A stretch of 64,000 nucleotides of DNA, taken from the IMG/VR virus record IMGVR_UViG_3300019487_000025; one strand, written 5' to 3'. The notes below the pieces were generated by a model. That model was not told the origin of the DNA, did no database searches, and saw nothing but the letters and a program-made list of their open reading frames with translations. Each line of letters starts with the position of its first letter. The stretch's first letter is position 1. This DNA is from a virus. Both the position numbers and the translations under genes were made by a program. Below are positions 60,901 to 64,000 of the stretch, one piece after another.

Positions 60901-61526
60901 CTTCTACAAATAGTTCAAGAAGACAAATATTTAGAGATGTTTCGGGTGGAATAGGTGTTAATGTTCCAACAGGGGATCAAGTGAGATTTTATAGACAAGG
61001 AACATTTGGATTTGGTATAAGTGGAAATGATATTACTGTTACAGGATATACAAATACAAATAGAATTCAATTAGGAGTTTCACCAAGTAATCCAACATTT
61101 CCGGGAGAATTTAGAATGGTTGGTTCTGACGTTTTTGTATTTTCTGGCGGTGTTGCAAGAAATCTATCATCAATCGGTGTAGGTGGAGTAGATCAAAACA
61201 ATACATGGACTGGTACAAATACATTTACTGCTCCAGTTACTTTTACTAGTAACGTTACTTTTGTAGATGGCACTATATCGATTTTTGACATAGCAGGAAC
61301 CGCTGTTAACTTAATTACTGCACAAACTATAACTGGTAATAAGACATTTAGTGGTTCTTCAGTATTTAGCGGATCATGGAGACATACAGGTTCACAATTA
61401 GCGTTCTTTGGATCAAGTTTACAATCAAAGTTACCAACTGTTTCAGCAACTGGTTCTCTAGCATCTGTAACTTCTGCATTTAATTTATTAAGAAATGTTC
61501 TAGTCCAATATGGATTAATTAACTAA
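57945..61526 (+). CDS. Tail fibre/receptor-binding protein
   Basis: Gly/Thr-rich modular repeats; C-terminal LAFFGS...LRNVLVQYGLIN. Confidence 0.75.
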   Translation: MSYEPDTMDRAIREVREELNKIREQQFFKAFSTGSGGSGVSKSGSSIGGSLPATGIASFTPNAIRLTKDTGVIDKLDYKNLVLNMDFTIGETITGGTSGATAVIGDIDILTSTTGVLILVPNSISGVFVDSENLTGDINGDADVDGTLYTQTGRGHLNAGSASIIVIGVDLPYEIHFIDNAKQNGQIVLLRAQDTQTIKVRRAVTNDRNTGNIDLDSSFNIVENAIVILQYQGASNVTPDGGWVPVLSSVTTTTGTGTGIDFPILYPKEDLGDQSFVTVSLLLNQSNGHYKRIRMTGDISLAFNSPPPSTNGFKFYVLLVQDGTGGWDLTSLPTSVKNGSSILTQIDSTANSQTLIQFVTADGGITYHAQIIQPSGSAIDNPWTTNHDANTYDLFNLDKLLFAPAGGFSFPTDNTLKGFSTSGTGIEANVSPSQQYRWYIGGFEHMTLDTFDLFMHNFNIRDLKLLAFSNNGSFSAQIASIPSSAQLNYSVVGAGANHGFYVDNGVNANMEMRLNVNKSNVNLDMVTNDILNIDQAQFDQFGGFVPSINHGERRITGGNAGININIPQPPEPILRSLRIWIENATQTNSNVEYEFNKDKALWNNNIIQDLGGIIFTPFSGFSASISPLFNFIEYNTGVSTMAHRFNVAGIQVLEINGTETGTNQGKIKLFHDLNLQTQDITNVDRLHFNSNNGLVGGNQFAIAGDFPLGRGFQFNAPLSKQFRFSENDIPIMQLTNGLLEMKTTVFEPNPTISTHQLFLSTHTAGITGMGDGVIRLVNNGGSFDVMVGTGGFIRNLTNPGTTSFVGFTADDDLNMGTFNIFNVDVIRYAIDSGVIGFGEYGSAVDSTNTKLKWSVPINKFYEFEVNLDPVASISTAGIQALSNTLIPNPSVRARELALSGAHTGGVSGMANGAFRLVGTDVIVRTGSNNLNLSSLVASSGATRQLDNLLVTSINADLLPQTNLSIGSSLSVWDDVFAKLTDYASVASTNSSRRQIFRDVSGGIGVNVPTGDQVRFYRQGTFGFGISGNDITVTGYTNTNRIQLGVSPSNPTFPGEFRMVGSDVFVFSGGVARNLSSIGVGGVDQNNTWTGTNTFTAPVTFTSNVTFVDGTISIFDIAGTAVNLITAQTITGNKTFSGSSVFSGSWRHTGSQLAFFGSSLQSKLPTVSATGSLASVTSAFNLLRNVLVQYGLIN

Positions 61527-61552
61527 TAGGTTATATATGAGAGTGTGGAAAT

Positions 61553-61801
61553 ATGATTATGGCAATAGATGAAAATGTGGTTACAACTTTACTTGAAAAA
61601 TTATATATAAAGTTAAGCGAAACAGTTGATACTGAAAGACGGTTAGGGCAATTAATTAATGCTTTAATTACAATAAGAAAAGCACCAGATGATTCTTTAC
61701 CAATAGATACATTAACAGGTAATACAATGACTGAAGATAGAAGAAGCGAAATACTTGAAGCGACAATAAGGAACTCAATTCAATTTGTCGGAGGTGAATA
61801 A
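61553..61801 (+). CDS. Hypothetical protein (possible fibre chaperone)
   Basis: Follows fibre gene. Confidence 0.55.
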   Translation: MIMAIDENVVTTLLEKLYIKLSETVDTERRLGQLINALITIRKAPDDSLPIDTLTGNTMTEDRRSEILEATIRNSIQFVGGE

Positions 61802-61803
61802 CA

Positions 61804-62094
61804 ATGAGCAAAAAGAACAATAAAGGTGTAGTAGATTTATCACAACCAAAAGGAGCAGAACCAAAAACTCCACAGCCAGAGCAACCACAAATGACTGAAG
61901 AACAAGCATTTATGGCTTATATAAATAATTTGATGAGTAACACAATATTGGAACATGAAAATGCAAAAACTTCATCAATAGAAGCAATAAAAAACATAGG
62001 TCAAAAACTAAATCTCTATATGAGAGAAGTAAGCCGACTAACAAAGGAAAATGAAGCACTTAAGAAACAGGTGGATGAACTAAAGAAAAAGTAG
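61804..62094 (+). CDS. Coiled-coil hypothetical protein
   Basis: ORF track. Confidence 0.6.
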   Translation: MSKKNNKGVVDLSQPKGAEPKTPQPEQPQMTEEQAFMAYINNLMSNTILEHENAKTSSIEAIKNIGQKLNLYMREVSRLTKENEALKKQVDELKKK

Positions 62095-62122
62095 TTCATT
62101 TATATTACCCTGCTAGGTAAAT

Positions 62123-62545
62123 GTGTCTAATATGGCAGAACTGACTCAAGAAGAAAAAGACAAAGCGTGGACTAATCTAAAATTTTGGTGGAAAGTTAAA
62201 AAAGGCGAAGAAAAAGGAGATCCAGAAAAGGCAAAAAAGGAAATAAACAAGATTCAAAAATTACTTGGTGTTGAAATAACAGATTTTGATAAAGAAGAAC
62301 CAGCCAAAGATGTAAAAGAATACACAAATGAAACAGCAGAAGCATTCTTCACAGAAGAGCAAATAGAAAAAATGAAAACCAATGTGGAAAGAGCAATCGC
62401 CATAAAATATTTATTGTCTGGCATGATAGTAAAACACATGCCGTCTTTGAAGGGAAACGCACCGGGAATTGGTCAAGTAGTAAATATCACATATGATTTA
62501 ATAAAAGATGATTTAAAGAAAATGTTGAAAGAGGATACAAAATGA
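62123..62545 (+). CDS. Hypothetical protein
   Basis: ORF track; TATA element upstream. Confidence 0.6.
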   Translation: MSNMAELTQEEKDKAWTNLKFWWKVKKGEEKGDPEKAKKEINKIQKLLGVEITDFDKEEPAKDVKEYTNETAEAFFTEEQIEKMKTNVERAIAIKYLLSGMIVKHMPSLKGNAPGIGQVVNITYDLIKDDLKKMLKEDTK

Positions 62546-62799
62546 GTGTAAAAACAACATTGAAACTTGGTGATGAAGTACATAATTTTGATGAACACGA
62601 TCAATTTTATCATACACCAGAAAATTTACGACAATTAGAAACATTTAAAATTGGTATGGGTATAATGGTACAATCAATAGAGTTACAAAATCCTAAGATG
62701 AAAAACAAACGAATAGAAGTGATTATAGAATTCGAAGATGATGGATTTTATGTTGTAATAGGAAGAAAACCAAAAGAGGTGGAGGGTTTTGGCACCTAG
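62542..62799 (+). CDS. Hypothetical protein
   Basis: ATGA-coupled ORF. Confidence 0.55.
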   Translation: MSVKTTLKLGDEVHNFDEHDQFYHTPENLRQLETFKIGMGIMVQSIELQNPKMKNKRIEVIIEFEDDGFYVVIGRKPKEVEGFGT

Positions 62800-63994
62800 G
62801 AAAAAAGAAGAGATACAGCAAAATCTTCAAGAAGTTGAAGAAGCACTAAGCTTTAATCTAGCAGATATTGAAGGTATTGGACCCGTTAAGTTAAAAAAGA
62901 TGCATGATAATGGAATATTTGAGGCTTCTGATTTAATAATTAGAGGTCCTAAAGAATTAGCAGTTTTGCTTGACTTGGATACCAGTCAAACAACAAAAAT
63001 GATAGAGGATGCAAAAGAATATTTACGTAGTAAAGGTGTTGTAAAAAAAGCAGTTTTTACAGGAAGAGAATATTATAACTTTGAAACACTAACACGATAT
63101 AAATTAAGTAGCGGTGTAGAAGGATTTGATGAAATAATGAATGGTGGGTTTGAAAGTGGTTCGTTAACTGAATTATATGGAGAATTTTCATCTGGAAAAA
63201 CACAATTCTGTTTCTTGTCTACTATTATTGCACAGCTTCCATATAAGAAAAAATGTCACAGATGTTTCGAAGTATTTAATGATCAAAAGATAGAAAGATG
63301 TCCAAAATGTGATGTAAAAACGATAAAAATTGGTGGGTTATCAGAAGAAGGACAACCATGTCGTATCATTTATATTGATACAGAAGGAACATTTAAACCA
63401 CATAGAATAGAACAGATTATTTATGAACGAGGTTTAGTACAAACAAAAGTGCAAACTAAACTGGAAGAAAAAAGAAAAGATCCAAAAAAACCACTTAATG
63501 AAGAAGAAAGAGAAAAAGCATTAAAGTTTTTGGATAATGTAATTTTAATCAAAGTATCAAATGCAGGACATCAAACGTTAGTAGGTGAAGAGTTAGGCAC
63601 ATATATAAATGATAAAATTCAAGCACCAGTAAGACTCGTAATAATTGATTCGATTACTGCAACATTTAGACTTGATTTTCTTGGAAGAGGAGAAATAGGA
63701 GAAAGACAACAATATCTAACAAAACATGTAAAACACATATCAAGACTTTGTGATACATATAACATAGTGGGTATTATAACTAATCAGGTACTAAAATCAC
63801 CTACAGGGTTTGGTGATCCTAATGTGGCTTCTGGTGGAACAGTTTTAGCACACACATCATCACATAGAATATACCTACAAAAAAGTGGTAAAAAAATAGT
63901 TGCTAGAATAGTAGATTCGCCAGATCATGCGAAATCTGAAGTAATTTTAGAACTTACTAATAAAGGAGTAGAAGACGCAACTGCTTCATCATAA
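62789..63994 (+). CDS. radA: RadA recombinase with zinc-ribbon insertion
   Basis: HhH LADIEGIG; Walker A GEFSSGKTQ; YIDTEGTFKPHRI; IIDSITATFR; ITNQV; GGTVLAHTSSHRIYL. Confidence 0.93.
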   Translation: MAPRKKEEIQQNLQEVEEALSFNLADIEGIGPVKLKKMHDNGIFEASDLIIRGPKELAVLLDLDTSQTTKMIEDAKEYLRSKGVVKKAVFTGREYYNFETLTRYKLSSGVEGFDEIMNGGFESGSLTELYGEFSSGKTQFCFLSTIIAQLPYKKKCHRCFEVFNDQKIERCPKCDVKTIKIGGLSEEGQPCRIIYIDTEGTFKPHRIEQIIYERGLVQTKVQTKLEEKRKDPKKPLNEEEREKALKFLDNVILIKVSNAGHQTLVGEELGTYINDKIQAPVRLVIIDSITATFRLDFLGRGEIGERQQYLTKHVKHISRLCDTYNIVGIITNQVLKSPTGFGDPNVASGGTVLAHTSSHRIYLQKSGKKIVARIVDSPDHAKSEVILELTNKGVEDATASS

Positions 63995-64000
63995 CACTTA

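Larger units (their letters stand above)
1..64000 (+). mobile_element. Fragment of an archaeal head-tailed virus genome, probable Nitrososphaerota host
   Basis: Portal, prohead protease, capsid and tail gene order; archaeal PCNA and RadA; TATA/leaderless promoter architecture; unidirectional dense coding; no housekeeping host genes. Confidence 0.92.

Noticed and set aside
27913-61526. Diversity-generating retroelement acting on fibre genes
   Set aside because: No reverse transcriptase and no adenine-specific template/variable repeat pair noticed
469-62439. All minus-strand ORFs and short nested + strand ORFs in the track (e.g. 36034..36951, 25803..26384, 34834..35262)
   Set aside because: They are shadows of longer + strand genes, have atypical composition and lack promoters or recognisable motifs
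63240-63340. RadA insertion as an intein
   Set aside because: Far too short and lacks intein terminal motifs
1-64000. Provirus within a host chromosome
   Set aside because: No integrase, att site or host housekeeping genes in the window; lifestyle cannot be determined

Overview
The window is a 64 kb fragment of an AT-rich head-tailed dsDNA virus (Caudoviricetes) that infects archaea, most likely ammonia-oxidising Nitrososphaerota (Thaumarchaeota). Evidence: archaeal-type PCNA and RadA, TATA-box promoters about 22 nt before start codons (leaderless mRNAs), oligo-T terminators, and several proteins resembling thaumarchaeal families as I recall them. All credible genes are on the + strand. Roughly 1-27 kb is an accessory/early region with many small Cys-rich proteins, a DNA methyltransferase, a ubiquitin-like protein, an Fn3 surface protein, PCNA, MazG, DUF5664, SLOG, a metallophosphoesterase and an HNH protein. 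Roughly 27-62 kb is the virion module (fibre and decoration proteins, portal, prohead protease, major capsid protein, neck and tail genes), followed by RadA. No terminase, polymerase, integrase, tRNA or CRISPR array was seen. Main observations: (1) the portal is fused through a long acidic linker to an intact-looking RelA/SpoT-type synthetase domain, with candidate Glu-specific maturation sites and a coupled downstream gene that could be an immunity factor; (2) a ~60-copy 14-residue F-T-x-D-A shaft carries Cys-bracketed plug-in domains, and single copies of the motif sit on unrelated proteins; (3) restriction-site avoidance appears extreme, with no Ala-Ala dipeptide (always GCNGC) and every Pro-Gly recoded away from CCWGG; (4) a 40-bp TATA-overlapping palindromic promoter occurs five times. 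All family assignments are motif recognition by eye, not database searches, and counts are manual.
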